A stretch of DNA of 64,000 nucleotides from a virus: positions 62,839 through 126,838 of the IMG/VR virus record IMGVR_UViG_3300042691_023183, one strand, 5' to 3'. A program made the translations under genes and the position numbers. Positions 40,646-50,377 of this stretch are shown in pieces. Under the pieces are notes generated by a model. It had not been told where the DNA came from. It saw nothing but the letters and a program-made list of their open reading frames with translations, and made no database searches. Every line of letters begins with the position of its first letter. Within the stretch, counting starts at the first letter, position 1.

Positions 40646-40674
40646 ACTATAGAGGATAAAAACTTGACTGTCAA
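40646..40674 (-). promoter_or_regulatory. sigma70-like promoter
   Basis: TTGACA-N17-TATAGT, with AGGAG SD before ATG 40627. Confidence 0.65.
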
Positions 40675-40682
40675 CCGAATAT

Positions 40683-40886
40683 TCAGATTTCTTTGGTGTT
40701 CATTTCTGACGCACACGTTACACAGAGTTGCCCTGCACCTTCGATGTAGTTAGTTCTAAAATCAATGTGCATGGAACGAGGAACGTCAGTTTCTGCGTCA
40801 CACATGATGCATGTTTCGTTTTGTTCGACTTTGAAGTCGCCTTTTTCAAGTTTAGTAACTGTATTGTTCATATTGTTTATTTCCAA
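40683..40886 (-). CDS. Small Zn-finger protein
   Basis: CxxC...R..YIEGAGQLCxxC. Confidence 0.65.
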   Translation of the reverse strand: MEINNMNNTVTKLEKGDFKVEQNETCIMCDAETDVPRSMHIDFRTNYIEGAGQLCVTCASEMNTKEI

Positions 40887-41215
40887 ATAACTTGTAATGC
40901 CACAATAAGACCACTTAATGCAATCAGTACAAGAGTTTTAAGGTTAATTTTCTCATTAAAATATATCTGGGTCAATAATGTAAACATCACAATTCCAATA
41001 CTGAATGTAAGAATACGATTTGGCCACATCTTACCATCAAAATGTTCACTGATCAGTTTTACAGAGTAAATAGATAGTAACGTGTTTGGTATGCTAAACA
41101 ATACCAACCAGTTTTGGTACTTTTTATACCACTCTGCAATGAATTGACCATATAACTGATGCCATCCGATAACGTATACAAAAGTTAATATTCCGATTCC
41201 AAGTAGTAGTTTCAT
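40877..41215 (-). CDS. Small 4-TM membrane protein (SMR/DMT-like)
   Basis: Four hydrophobic segments, ending FNEKINLK. Confidence 0.6.
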   Translation of the reverse strand: MKLLLGIGILTFVYVIGWHQLYGQFIAEWYKKYQNWLVLFSIPNTLLSIYSVKLISEHFDGKMWPNRILTFSIGIVMFTLLTQIYFNEKINLKTLVLIALSGLIVALQVIWK

Positions 41216-41457
41216 TTAATTATAAACATAGGAGTAGTATCTCCCAACCACGCATCTGCTTGATTATATTCGTGGTATTCTTCTGCTTGTTCATACGTCA
41301 TGTCATGTGTCATCAGTTTACGAATGACCTTTTCACGATCATAAATCACCACCATTTCACGCATTTTACCATATGCGATACCTTCAATACAATCATCAAA
41401 TCCATCCATAACTAGAAGATGATTAGACTCAATCATTTCTTTAATAAGTTCGTTCAT
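41212..41457 (-). CDS. Conserved phage hypothetical protein
   Basis: DGFDD.I.G, YD, EA.EY..YN...AW.G..TP motif. Confidence 0.7.
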   Translation of the reverse strand: MNELIKEMIESNHLLVMDGFDDCIEGIAYGKMREMVVIYDREKVIRKLMTHDMTYEQAEEYHEYNQADAWLGDTTPMFIIK

Positions 41458-41513
41458 TCAATTAAGTTATCACATCCATATCGTCTTGTAAAGTGTTATC
41501 TATTTATTATAAA

Positions 41514-42215
41514 ATGAACAGACGACTATTAAATAAACATGGTAAATCCAAGAACAACGTCAAAATTAGTATTTTGAATAAAGATACTTCGGATGTTGAC
41601 CCGCAACCAATTGTAAAAACGGAACCTGTCGTCAAAAAATCGTGGATGTGGCGAATACTTGGTTGGTTTACAGTAAAGTTTGTTCAGTTTGTCAAGTGGG
41701 TATGGAGTTACCCAAAGAGATTCATTAAATGGTTGGCAGCAATGATCTTAATGTGGCTTTTAAGTTTTTTACCGTTCAAATTGCCTAATTTACCGTTTCT
41801 TCCACTGCCGGTACAACAATCTAAACCACAAGAGAATAAAAAGGAAGAAAAGAAAGAAGATCCTAAGAAGGAACAATCAACACCAACCGATCAAACAAAA
41901 ACAAACGTAGTAACGACCACGGTTACAAACACAGTAACTCAAACTAATATAGTGACACAAACAAATTACGTTACTGAAACCAAATACATAACCAATTTTG
42001 TTGTACAACCAATCGTTGTAACTAATACAGTGATAAAAGAGGTTCCTGTCGTTGTTACAAATGTATTGGTGATTAAAAATGGTATATCTGATACCAGCAC
42101 TAATGGTGCAAAAAATAAGGTAATGAATGGTCCAGCATTTTATTTTACTGACGATTTCAATACCTTATTACAAAACCAACAACAGAATCCTGTTAGAGGT
42201 CAACGTGTTAATTAA
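41514..42215 (+). CDS. Membrane protein with Thr-Asn/Val repeat stalk
   Basis: Trp-rich TM region, then (V/T)TN repeats. Confidence 0.7.
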   Translation: MNRRLLNKHGKSKNNVKISILNKDTSDVDPQPIVKTEPVVKKSWMWRILGWFTVKFVQFVKWVWSYPKRFIKWLAAMILMWLLSFLPFKLPNLPFLPLPVQQSKPQENKKEEKKEDPKKEQSTPTDQTKTNVVTTTVTNTVTQTNIVTQTNYVTETKYITNFVVQPIVVTNTVIKEVPVVVTNVLVIKNGISDTSTNGAKNKVMNGPAFYFTDDFNTLLQNQQQNPVRGQRVN

Positions 42216-44107
42216 TTCCAACTAAACCAACTGTCCCATAAACTTTGGAAGAAACTTGGTTGTGGCACTGAGTTTCCTTTGTTACCATTACCTTTTCCAT
42301 CATCAATTGGAACAACTGGTGTCACTGGCGTAGTTGGATCTGTAGGAACAACTGGAGATGGCGCATTACCGCCTGAACCTATAGCACCTGCGTCGTTGTC
42401 ACTATTACCTCCGCCTGGTGGTGGTGGATCATCACCATTACCTATTCCGTTATTTCCTTTTGGACCACCACCATTTCCACCGGAATTATTATTTCCTCCG
42501 GAGTTACCATTATTATTTCCGTTGTTTCCATTATTGCCTCCAGAATTTCCATTGTTACCTCCTGAGTTATCGGTTGGTGTGGTTGGAGTAGTAGGTGTGG
42601 TTGGTATTGTTGCAGATCCACCTGCACCACCTGTGCCTCCGTTACCTATGCCGCCTTGACCTCCAGTAGCGGTATTATTTATTTCACCCGTTGATGCGTT
42701 ACCTCCATTACCAGTGCCTCCTGTTGCGGTATTATTGTTATTGATTTCACCTGTTACCGCATTACCACCATTACCTATCGCAGTTGATTGTCCACCTTCA
42801 CCGCCGGTTGCAGTATTACTATTGTTGTTGGTATTTTGTGCATTACCACCATTTGCGGTGTTTGCATTGCTGTTATCAATATTTCCAACAGATCCACCCG
42901 TGGCATTACCACCGGAACCACCAGTAGCATTTGATGTAGAATTACCACCTTGACCGCCTTGTGCCACATTGGCAATATCACCAACGTTACCACCAGTGGC
43001 ATTACCTCCTGCACCACCGTTTCCTACACCACCTTGTCCACCTGTAGCCGAATTATTATTGTTTATTTCACCGGTAGTTGCATTTGCATTTCCACCTAAT
43101 CCTCCCTGACCTCCTTGTCCACCTTGTGCTACATTATTGATTTCACCCGTGGTTGCATTTCCACCGGTTGCAGAACCACCTGCACCACCTTGTGCGGTAT
43201 TATTTGCAGTATTGCTATTGTTATTGTTTAAATCGATATTACCAACCGATCCACCAGTAGCATTACCTCCTAATCCGCCCTGTCCTCCATTGGCAGTGTT
43301 ATTGTTATTATTTGTAGCAACTCCACCCTGTGATGTATTATTGATATCGTTATTATTTGATGCTGATGAATTACCACCAGTAGCGTTTGCTACACCACCT
43401 TGACCACCATTTGCAGTATTTGAATTTTGAAGGGTGTTATTTAGATTATTGTTGCTAGACGATGTATTTGCAATATCATTCTTGTTATTCAACAGGTTGT
43501 TAATATCGTTAGAATTGCTGTTATTAGCTGTATTGCTATTATTGTTGCTAGCTGAATTGCTATTTTGGTTATTGTTGTTAGCAGTATTGTTATTGCTATT
43601 AGAAGCGAGATTGCTAATATCATTTTTATTGGCGTTGTTTGCAGTGTTATTAGCAGTATTATTTGCCGTGTTAGCATTTGAATTGTTTGCTACACTGGTA
43701 TTGTTATTACTGCTGGTAGAACTACTATTACTTGTGTTGTTATTAGATGACCTACTATTAGCATTTACTGTGGTTGTGCTACCATTAACTGTAGTGTATG
43801 AATTTCCGGGTTGTGGAAGACTTAAACCCATAGTTGCACTAGAAGCAACTTGTCCACCCGTAGCAATGATTGATTGTCCTATACCCGCACTACCAAACAC
43901 ATAATTGATACTTACTTTACCATCTTGGTCTTTGGTTACCAATGCAGTAAAGTTAGGACCATCAAAGTCAAAACTGTGTACTTTGTAAAACTCTACTTCA
44001 CCGATCTTACCAATCTGTGAAGTAGAACTACATCCTACAGTCAAATAAATTGTAGCACATAACCCAGCCTTGATAACAAGACCAACGATAGTATTATTTT
44101 GGTTCAT
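42212..44107 (-). CDS. Gly/Asn-rich low-complexity repeat lipoprotein
   Basis: Lipobox-like LTVG-C; Asn-rich then (ATGG.GG / GEINN) repeats; Pro-rich tail. Confidence 0.75.
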   Translation of the reverse strand: MNQNNTIVGLVIKAGLCATIYLTVGCSSTSQIGKIGEVEFYKVHSFDFDGPNFTALVTKDQDGKVSINYVFGSAGIGQSIIATGGQVASSATMGLSLPQPGNSYTTVNGSTTTVNANSRSSNNNTSNSSSTSSNNNTSVANNSNANTANNTANNTANNANKNDISNLASNSNNNTANNNNQNSNSASNNNSNTANNSNSNDINNLLNNKNDIANTSSSNNNLNNTLQNSNTANGGQGGVANATGGNSSASNNNDINNTSQGGVATNNNNNTANGGQGGLGGNATGGSVGNIDLNNNNSNTANNTAQGGAGGSATGGNATTGEINNVAQGGQGGQGGLGGNANATTGEINNNNSATGGQGGVGNGGAGGNATGGNVGDIANVAQGGQGGNSTSNATGGSGGNATGGSVGNIDNSNANTANGGNAQNTNNNSNTATGGEGGQSTAIGNGGNAVTGEINNNNTATGGTGNGGNASTGEINNTATGGQGGIGNGGTGGAGGSATIPTTPTTPTTPTDNSGGNNGNSGGNNGNNGNNNGNSGGNNNSGGNGGGPKGNNGIGNGDDPPPPGGGNSDNDAGAIGSGGNAPSPVVPTDPTTPVTPVVPIDDGKGNGNKGNSVPQPSFFQSLWDSWFSWN

Positions 44108-44174
44108 TATTTTATAATAAATAGAATAATGAACCACCCAACTTTATAAAAAGTATGTTAATTAATCACAGAAT

Positions 44175-44209
44175 AAAAAAACAACCCAATAATTACTATT
44201 GGGTTGTTT
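44175..44209 (-). terminator. Intrinsic terminator after thyA
   Basis: AAACAACCCAATA/TATTGGGTTGTTT stem plus T tract on minus strand. Confidence 0.7.
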
Positions 44210-44216
44210 AACTTAA

Positions 44217-45335
44217 CTATACTGCTACTTCTCCTTTAATTGCTGGATGTGGGTTATAATCTATAATTTCGATATCTTCAAACTTAATATCAAATATTGA
44301 CTTGCCCGGTGTCTTGATATTCAATCGTGGTAATTCTCTAATATCTCTGGTTAATTGTAATTTAACTTGTTCCAAATGATTTTCATATAAATGAACATCT
44401 GCCGCGCTATATACTAATTGACTTGGAATCATGTTAAGTTGATTTGCAATTAAATGTGTAAACAACGCATAAAATGCACAATTAAATGGCAGACCCAAGA
44501 AAGTATCAGATGATCGCATATTAAAGTAACAATTCAAACGATATTTTGGAATACCTGTTCTATCAAAATCTTCATCGGAATATTTATAATACATATTTTC
44601 ATTTCTTGAATCTTTCTCCCGTGCGATTTCCAAACGTTCTTGCCATGTCAATTGTTCTGTACCAAACTGAATATAATTGTGACACGCTGGCAATAGAGCG
44701 TCTTCTCGGTTATTACTATGATATGGATGCCATGCGGTAATAATGATTCTACGACTATCTGGATTGTTCTTTAGATCATTGATTGCATTAGTAAGTTGAT
44801 CCACCGTTTCAACGGACCACCCTTTGACAATCATGTGATCACCATTGTTTTGACCAATTGGGCTAATACGATGTGGAAAGTTTCTCCACATTCCACCATA
44901 ACCATATCGTCCAATACTTCCCCACTTTTTGGCAAATTCATCATTATTGATGATTTCTTGTTCGAATTCTTTTTGTGTCATTTCACGCACACAATTTTTT
45001 TCAATATCCTCGATATGAACATCATAATCGGGTTCGGTGAGTGTTTTACAATGGTTAAGATACTTTTGATAGGGCCATTCAGTCCAGAATGTTACGCCGT
45101 TCTTTAGAAGATACTGAATGTTTGTATCTCCATTAATCATCCACAATAGTTCATGCACTACACTCTTCCAGTGCATTTTCTTTGTGGTAAGAAGAGGAAA
45201 TCCACGTTGTAGATTGACATAAATCTGCGCACCCCAAACCTTTCGGGTGTTTATACCGGTTCGATTCTTAGAAAGTGTTCCTAAATCACATATGTCATTA
45301 AGAAGGTTTATATATTGTTCTTCGTAATTATTCAT
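44217..45335 (-). CDS. thyA: Thymidylate synthase
   Basis: RTG, FPLLTTKK, ELLW, SRR, LPACH, RSSD.FLGLPFN, HLYENH. Confidence 0.96.
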   Translation of the reverse strand: MNNYEEQYINLLNDICDLGTLSKNRTGINTRKVWGAQIYVNLQRGFPLLTTKKMHWKSVVHELLWMINGDTNIQYLLKNGVTFWTEWPYQKYLNHCKTLTEPDYDVHIEDIEKNCVREMTQKEFEQEIINNDEFAKKWGSIGRYGYGGMWRNFPHRISPIGQNNGDHMIVKGWSVETVDQLTNAINDLKNNPDSRRIIITAWHPYHSNNREDALLPACHNYIQFGTEQLTWQERLEIAREKDSRNENMYYKYSDEDFDRTGIPKYRLNCYFNMRSSDTFLGLPFNCAFYALFTHLIANQLNMIPSQLVYSAADVHLYENHLEQVKLQLTRDIRELPRLNIKTPGKSIFDIKFEDIEIIDYNPHPAIKGEVAV

Positions 45336-45555
45336 TTTTATATTTATTGTCGATAAAGTTTATACAAGATCTTTCCCAGTCTCTAACATCATTGATATCG
45401 GGTCCAAATTTTGCATCATACGTTATCGTAACCTGTTGGATTGTCAACATTTTACCATTTTCACTTATAACCAATTCACCTTCATATGGAGCTACACGTT
45501 CGACCCATACATCGAATTTTTTATCAACCTTGCTTTTCCATATTATGTAATTCAT
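45328..45555 (-). CDS. Hypothetical protein
   Basis: Coupled ORF; A.FGPD..DV..W motif. Confidence 0.6.
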   Translation of the reverse strand: MNYIIWKSKVDKKFDVWVERVAPYEGELVISENGKMLTIQQVTITYDAKFGPDINDVRDWERSCINFIDNKYKNE

Positions 45556-45556
45556 A

Positions 45557-46336
45557 TTAACTAAATTTACAGTCTTCCGGTTGAGTATACTTTAGACTTT
45601 CTGGTTCGGCAGAAGGTCCATTATTCAGAAATGACAAACTATAACTGTATTTGCCAATATGAGCTAATACAACTCGGGTGTCACAATATAACTTGATTCC
45701 ACTTTGGGTTGCTCTATGACAAAATGCAAAATCTTCTCCGATGTACTCGTTGTCGTAAATCATTGGATAAAAATAAGGATACACATTGTATTGTCCGCCC
45801 CAAATCTTAACCCGTTGCATATTGTAATGTTTTGCAATCGACTCATATACACTACGATGTGTGTACATAAAGCCAGTTGCAGCGTACTTCACTTCGTATA
45901 ACCCACCCTGTTGTCCCAATTTGACTTCCTTGTCAACAAACTGTGTGGTAAGTACCGGCCAACCCTTTACACTATATGGTGCACTAACAAAAGGAAGACC
46001 CATACTGACAATCTTCTCAACATCATATGGCCAGAAAGTAACATCAGCGTCAATCCAAAACAAATGTTCAAAGCCAGCGTCTAACGCTTCTTGTGCCATT
46101 GCGCATCGTCCTTGGTCGATTGCTGACCAACCATATTTTCTCCAAACGGTGTATCCCATCGATTCCAACTTACGAAGAGATTCGTCAACTGGTGGTTCAA
46201 TGTGATGTCCTACGGGTACAAGAATTACTACCGAGTTTTTCTTAACTGGCTGTACATTAACAGGTTGTGGAGTTGGAAGTTTGGGTTGTTTTTTACCACC
46301 CAAATTTTTTAAGAAAGAAACAAATTTTGAGATCAT
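45557..46336 (-). CDS. GT-A glycosyltransferase
   Basis: LFWIDAD, ATGFM, GEDFAFC, HIG. Confidence 0.8.
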   Translation of the reverse strand: MISKFVSFLKNLGGKKQPKLPTPQPVNVQPVKKNSVVILVPVGHHIEPPVDESLRKLESMGYTVWRKYGWSAIDQGRCAMAQEALDAGFEHLFWIDADVTFWPYDVEKIVSMGLPFVSAPYSVKGWPVLTTQFVDKEVKLGQQGGLYEVKYAATGFMYTHRSVYESIAKHYNMQRVKIWGGQYNVYPYFYPMIYDNEYIGEDFAFCHRATQSGIKLYCDTRVVLAHIGKYSYSLSFLNNGPSAEPESLKYTQPEDCKFS

Positions 46337-46369
46337 AAATATTCGCCGATAAATAGTGAAATAATCACT

Positions 46370-46846
46370 TCATGTCTTTTTATATTTCACAACCTTGTGT
46401 CCATTTTCAAATTCAATGTACAGTGAACTTTCAGTGTGGTACTTACTCAACGGAGGCATGTATGTATCACCTTCATATTCACCATTAACGTGAGTAATAT
46501 AAAACTCATCAATAGCGTCCATGAACAATTCATACGTTTTGGCACCACCCGCAACAATAACATCACGTTTTTCAGCAACCTTTAGTACATCAACATATGA
46601 CATTGTACACATCGCAGTGTCTTTGAAAGGATTAAACCAACGATCTGTAAACGAATCGGTTAACACCAATAACTTTCTGCCAGGAAGTGGTGGAAGTGTT
46701 CGATATGTGGTTGATCCCACAACAAGATACTGATTGGCAGTAAATGTCTTGAACCACTGAAAGTCTTCTTTGATACTTGGCCAAGGAAGACCACCACCCC
46801 GTCCAATCAGACGGTTTTTATCCATTGCAGCAATTGCTTTGATCAT
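46370..46846 (-). CDS. folA: Dihydrofolate reductase
   Basis: IAA...LIG..GLPW, D..WFK, G..TY, LPGR, GGA.TY, GDTY. Confidence 0.93.
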   Translation of the reverse strand: MIKAIAAMDKNRLIGRGGGLPWPSIKEDFQWFKTFTANQYLVVGSTTYRTLPPLPGRKLLVLTDSFTDRWFNPFKDTAMCTMSYVDVLKVAEKRDVIVAGGAKTYELFMDAIDEFYITHVNGEYEGDTYMPPLSKYHTESSLYIEFENGHKVVKYKKT

Positions 46847-47271
46847 GTCAATATGTAGGTTAATGCTTTCTGTTGTGTTTCTACCACAGAATGTATGTCG
46901 GTGTCAATATGTAAATAATTGTTGGTTGGAGGAGAATAGTAATCGACCATACGACCATCACGTTGACGACTACTTGTCAAGTAAATTTCTTTGACATTAG
47001 CTTTGGTTTTAACCCAATCACGTTGGTCTTTAAATGGACTCACCGCTGCAACAATGACATAATCATAGTAATGATCTTCTCCTAACGCAAATATCATCAT
47101 GCGTTCCACATTTAGTCTACGTCCTTGTTCAGAATAGTCATTATTTTCTGTCAACCTTCTAAAGTTATCACCGTCAATGACTCTGTATGATTGAGATATA
47201 AAACATTCACATAGTTTATTTGCCAAAGTTGTTTTTCCACTGGCAGGTTGTCCCGTAATCCAAATAATCAT
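46843..47271 (-). CDS. Adenylylsulfate kinase-like P-loop kinase
   Basis: WITGQPASGKTT, IDGD.FR, YSEQGR..N, VSPF..QR. Confidence 0.8.
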   Translation of the reverse strand: MIIWITGQPASGKTTLANKLCECFISQSYRVIDGDNFRRLTENNDYSEQGRRLNVERMMIFALGEDHYYDYVIVAAVSPFKDQRDWVKTKANVKEIYLTSSRQRDGRMVDYYSPPTNNYLHIDTDIHSVVETQQKALTYILT

Positions 47272-47648
47272 ACAGAAACAGTTCTGTTATACCTTTCAAT
47301 AATGTTACGAATATTAGCAGCACCAACCGGATTCATACTATGAACCACATAAGGTGGATGTTTAATACCCATATTATTACATTGATTAAGTAGAAACTGA
47401 CAACAATCGTATCCAGTTTTTTCTTTATATTTTGTATAATCAATTTTATCACCATGCAAACCATCACCATAGTGAGTGTCTGCCAAATCATGATCATACG
47501 CAACAAACTCCGGAATACCCAAGTTCAATATAATATTACGAAACTCCGAATAGTTACGAATAATAGTCCATTCAACTTCAGGCAGTCTTACCCAAGTAAC
47601 ATCTTCTGGCATTCTAATATCGTCCAAAAATAAATAATACTTCTTCAT
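47268..47648 (-). CDS. Cyclic-phosphate processing receiver-domain protein
   Basis: LFLDDIR, DHDL, KTGYD, HSMNPVG. Confidence 0.8.
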   Translation of the reverse strand: MKKYYLFLDDIRMPEDVTWVRLPEVEWTIIRNYSEFRNIILNLGIPEFVAYDHDLADTHYGDGLHGDKIDYTKYKEKTGYDCCQFLLNQCNNMGIKHPPYVVHSMNPVGAANIRNIIERYNRTVSV

Positions 47649-48100
47649 ACAAAGTGAATTTGATCAATACCTTCTTCTTTAGAAGGTTCAACATAATTAG
47701 TCAACATACGATCAATAACTTCAACAGGCACGTTTCTGCCACCCATTTCTCCACGTTTTTGATTGCGTTCAATCAAAGTATCACGATCAACAACAAAAAC
47801 ATACGCTGTAACCGTAGCACCATGTTTCTTTGCCAAATCAATCCACACTTTACGTGCCCTACGATGCATGTTAGTTGCATCAATACACACATCTTCACCC
47901 TTTTTCAAGAGTCGATCAACCTCATGTTCCATGTACTCAAATACACGAGCACTCACGGTTTGGTCGTTTTCATCCTTTCCAAAGACAGCACGAAGAGCGT
48001 CACTGCTTAAGTTTATGTATGGATGCGTGTTCTTATACTTTTCTACCCAAGTGGATTTGCCACTTCCCGGTGCTCCCACAGTAATTACAACGTTGTTCAT
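47645..48100 (-). CDS. Polynucleotide 5'-kinase (AAA_33/PNK kinase module)
   Basis: GAPGSGKSTW, SSD.LR, IDATN, R..R, VP..VI.RM. Confidence 0.88.
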   Translation of the reverse strand: MNNVVITVGAPGSGKSTWVEKYKNTHPYINLSSDALRAVFGKDENDQTVSARVFEYMEHEVDRLLKKGEDVCIDATNMHRRARKVWIDLAKKHGATVTAYVFVVDRDTLIERNQKRGEMGGRNVPVEVIDRMLTNYVEPSKEEGIDQIHFV

Positions 48101-48102
48101 AT

Positions 48103-49122
48103 TTAATCGTTATGTTTAAGTTCAAAGGTTTCACTGATAATCTTACCAGACAAACGTCCCTTTAGAGTCTCACTATAAGACTCCTCGGTTGGACGAATCA
48201 CAATACCCTCAGCAAGATTACCGTTATCGTACTTCAAGTTGTTAGCAAACTCTTGTAGTTCTGAAAGAGTCTTATTGAAAGACGGTCCAATATCAATAGT
48301 GTCAACAATTGGAATTGAGTTATAGAAACAAAACTCTTGCAACTCCTTCCAATCAAGATACTTGTAGTTGTCAATGTCAAATAGATTGAATGCACGAAAC
48401 TGAATATCCTTGACCCCAAGTAGATTTCCTTGAATGCCAGGTCCGTAAACCTCACCTTGAATAGCAAGATTACGTCCAGAGTTCTTCAACTTGTTCTCAA
48501 GATCATACTTTCTAGCGATGACCCAAAAACTGTTCTTATCGTCTTCCTTGAGTTGATAGTTTCGACTACAAACACCAAATCCAACATCGTTCTTGTAAAA
48601 GTAAGTTCCACTGCTTCCATCAACCTTTACAGTGATGTAATATGGCTTACCAGTAAGCTCTTGAATGATCTCGGGATTGTTCTTGATATTGTCCTCGTCA
48701 GTCTTACGAAGATAACTAGGCATCAGACCAACCATTTGACCTGCCAATTGCGCAGAAAGCGGCTTTTCATAGTGTTTTGCGTAAACATAATGACTTACAT
48801 CACTTCCAATAACATCTGGCTCTGTAAACACTACGGTATCATGTCCAAGAGTCTTGAATAGACTCATGGGAAATGCAATACCCTGACTAATTTGTCCACG
48901 GAGTTTGACAGTCTTAATACGGAAATGCTTGTTACGTAAAAACTCATAACAAGGCTTGTCTTCAAGAACGCTATCAACACAGATATAGATACAAAGGTCT
49001 CCTTTCTTGAACTCACCTTTCTTGATACAAACCTGCCAACCCTTGATCTTTGCAAGTTCAAGAGCGTCAGCGTTTGGGTGAGGAAGTACCTCTGCGATTT
49101 CTTCGATTGTAGCGACTTTCAT
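48103..49122 (-). CDS. ATP-dependent RNA ligase, DRB0094/Rnl5 family
   Basis: N-terminal OB (HPNADAL, LRGQISQG), KTDE, KVDGSS, QGE, EGIV. Confidence 0.92.
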   Translation of the reverse strand: MKVATIEEIAEVLPHPNADALELAKIKGWQVCIKKGEFKKGDLCIYICVDSVLEDKPCYEFLRNKHFRIKTVKLRGQISQGIAFPMSLFKTLGHDTVVFTEPDVIGSDVSHYVYAKHYEKPLSAQLAGQMVGLMPSYLRKTDEDNIKNNPEIIQELTGKPYYITVKVDGSSGTYFYKNDVGFGVCSRNYQLKEDDKNSFWVIARKYDLENKLKNSGRNLAIQGEVYGPGIQGNLLGVKDIQFRAFNLFDIDNYKYLDWKELQEFCFYNSIPIVDTIDIGPSFNKTLSELQEFANNLKYDNGNLAEGIVIRPTEESYSETLKGRLSGKIISETFELKHND

Positions 49123-49140
49123 AACTTTTTATAGAATATA

Positions 49141-49359
49141 TCAATCGACGGATGAAATCAACTCTTTTTTTGGTTGAACCTTATTTTTATTTTCTTCGAA
49201 ATACTTTTCTGCCTTTTCGATGACCAGTTTAATAAAATCGGTGGTCATGCCAGTTGACTTATTATGAGCCAAATCTTCTTGAATGGCGTTTTGTTTCCAC
49301 TTTGGAAGTTTTTCAAACTCGGCATCGTAGATTTTTTTGTATATGTCAGACAATTTCAT
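49141..49359 (-). CDS. Hypothetical protein
   Basis: 72-aa ORF. Confidence 0.6.
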   Translation of the reverse strand: MKLSDIYKKIYDAEFEKLPKWKQNAIQEDLAHNKSTGMTTDFIKLVIEKAEKYFEENKNKVQPKKELISSVD

Positions 49360-49364
49360 AATGT

Positions 49365-49616
49365 TTAGAAAGATGTTGAAATTCGACTTGCGTAACCCAT
49401 GTTGCTTCCTTTGTTCATACGATATGACACTTTGCTATAGTTTTCAAATCCTGCTTTGCTAGTCACGACAATACTACCTGCCGTTTTATGTCCATAGTGA
49501 ACATAACCATATGGTTTGTTTTTTCTCGCCACTTTATCCCCACAGGTCAGACAAATTTTAAATCCAAGGTTGTAACGTTCATCCGGAATTGAATTTCCAC
49601 ATCCACAATTGTTCAT
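49365..49616 (-). CDS. DksA/TraR-like C4 zinc-finger protein
   Basis: CxCG..IP.ER......CLxC. Confidence 0.6.
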   Translation of the reverse strand: MNNCGCGNSIPDERYNLGFKICLTCGDKVARKNKPYGYVHYGHKTAGSIVVTSKAGFENYSKVSYRMNKGSNMGYASRISTSF

Positions 49617-49623
49617 GATGTGA

Positions 49624-49917
49624 TTATCGTATCATATCCACAACAAAAATCAAGTCATTTAAATTATTGTAAGTCAACTTTTTTATAGATTCGTGTTTAA
49701 GTCTGAATCCATGTGCTTCTCCTACGATAACCAGTTCTTCAACAAAATCCATGGCATATTTGTCTTTTAACCACCTATAGTAAAAATCAACTTCTCCCGG
49801 TTGAACTTCGACCAAACAGTTTAGTTTTCTGAATACAGTAGCATATAGTGTAAGTGTTCTAAATGCCGACACTTCACTCGGTGGTGCAGTCAACTCGCCG
49901 CTAATCAAAAGGTTCAC
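49624..49917 (-). CDS. Hypothetical protein
   Basis: GTG start preceded by TATTTATT. Confidence 0.6.
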   Translation of the reverse strand: MNLLISGELTAPPSEVSAFRTLTLYATVFRKLNCLVEVQPGEVDFYYRWLKDKYAMDFVEELVIVGEAHGFRLKHESIKKLTYNNLNDLIFVVDMIR

Positions 49918-50023
49918 TATAATAAATATTTTGTTAAGGACATGTAAAAGAAAAAATCAACAAGTAATTTGGTCATATGTATCAATGAAACTCAGCGTCA
50001 GGCTGAACAACGAAAGGAAATCT

Positions 50024-50341
50024 ATGAAGTATGTTTTGTTAGTATTATTGACTGCGTTTGTTGTGAACGCACAAGAAGGTCCAAAAACCGGTGGACCCGA
50101 TCCCGTTCCACCACATTTGCGTCCTCAACGTCCAAAATTGACAGAGGAACAAAAGAAGCAACGTGACTCTCTTGTTGCAAAGTATGATACAAATAAGGAT
50201 GGCAAATTGGATAAGGAAGAACGTATCAAGGTTAGTGATGAAGATCGTAAACTATTGAGACGTTTCGGGCCACCGCCAGGTGGACCAAGAGGTCCAAAGA
50301 AAGACGGTGATCGTCCAAGTAAACCACAAAAGAAAGACTAA
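50024..50341 (+). CDS. Secreted EF-hand protein
   Basis: AAAGGA SD, signal peptide, DTNKDGKLDKEE loop, Gly/Pro-rich tail. Confidence 0.75.
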   Translation: MKYVLLVLLTAFVVNAQEGPKTGGPDPVPPHLRPQRPKLTEEQKKQRDSLVAKYDTNKDGKLDKEERIKVSDEDRKLLRRFGPPPGGPRGPKKDGDRPSKPQKKD

Positions 50342-50345
50342 ACAA

Positions 50346-50377
50346 AAACCCCACTGTAAAGTGGGGTTTCTTTTTTT
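50346..50377. terminator. Bidirectional intrinsic terminator
   Basis: AAACCCCAC-TGTAAA-GTGGGGTTT with A and T tracts between convergent genes. Confidence 0.8.

Noticed and set aside
42279-43904. Plus-strand Pro/Leu-rich ORFs
   Set aside because: Antisense shadows of the Gly/Asn repeat gene
44217-45335. dCMP hydroxymethylase for DNA hypermodification
   Set aside because: Retains the dUMP-specifying Asn (GLPFN) and sits near DHFR; ordinary ThyA
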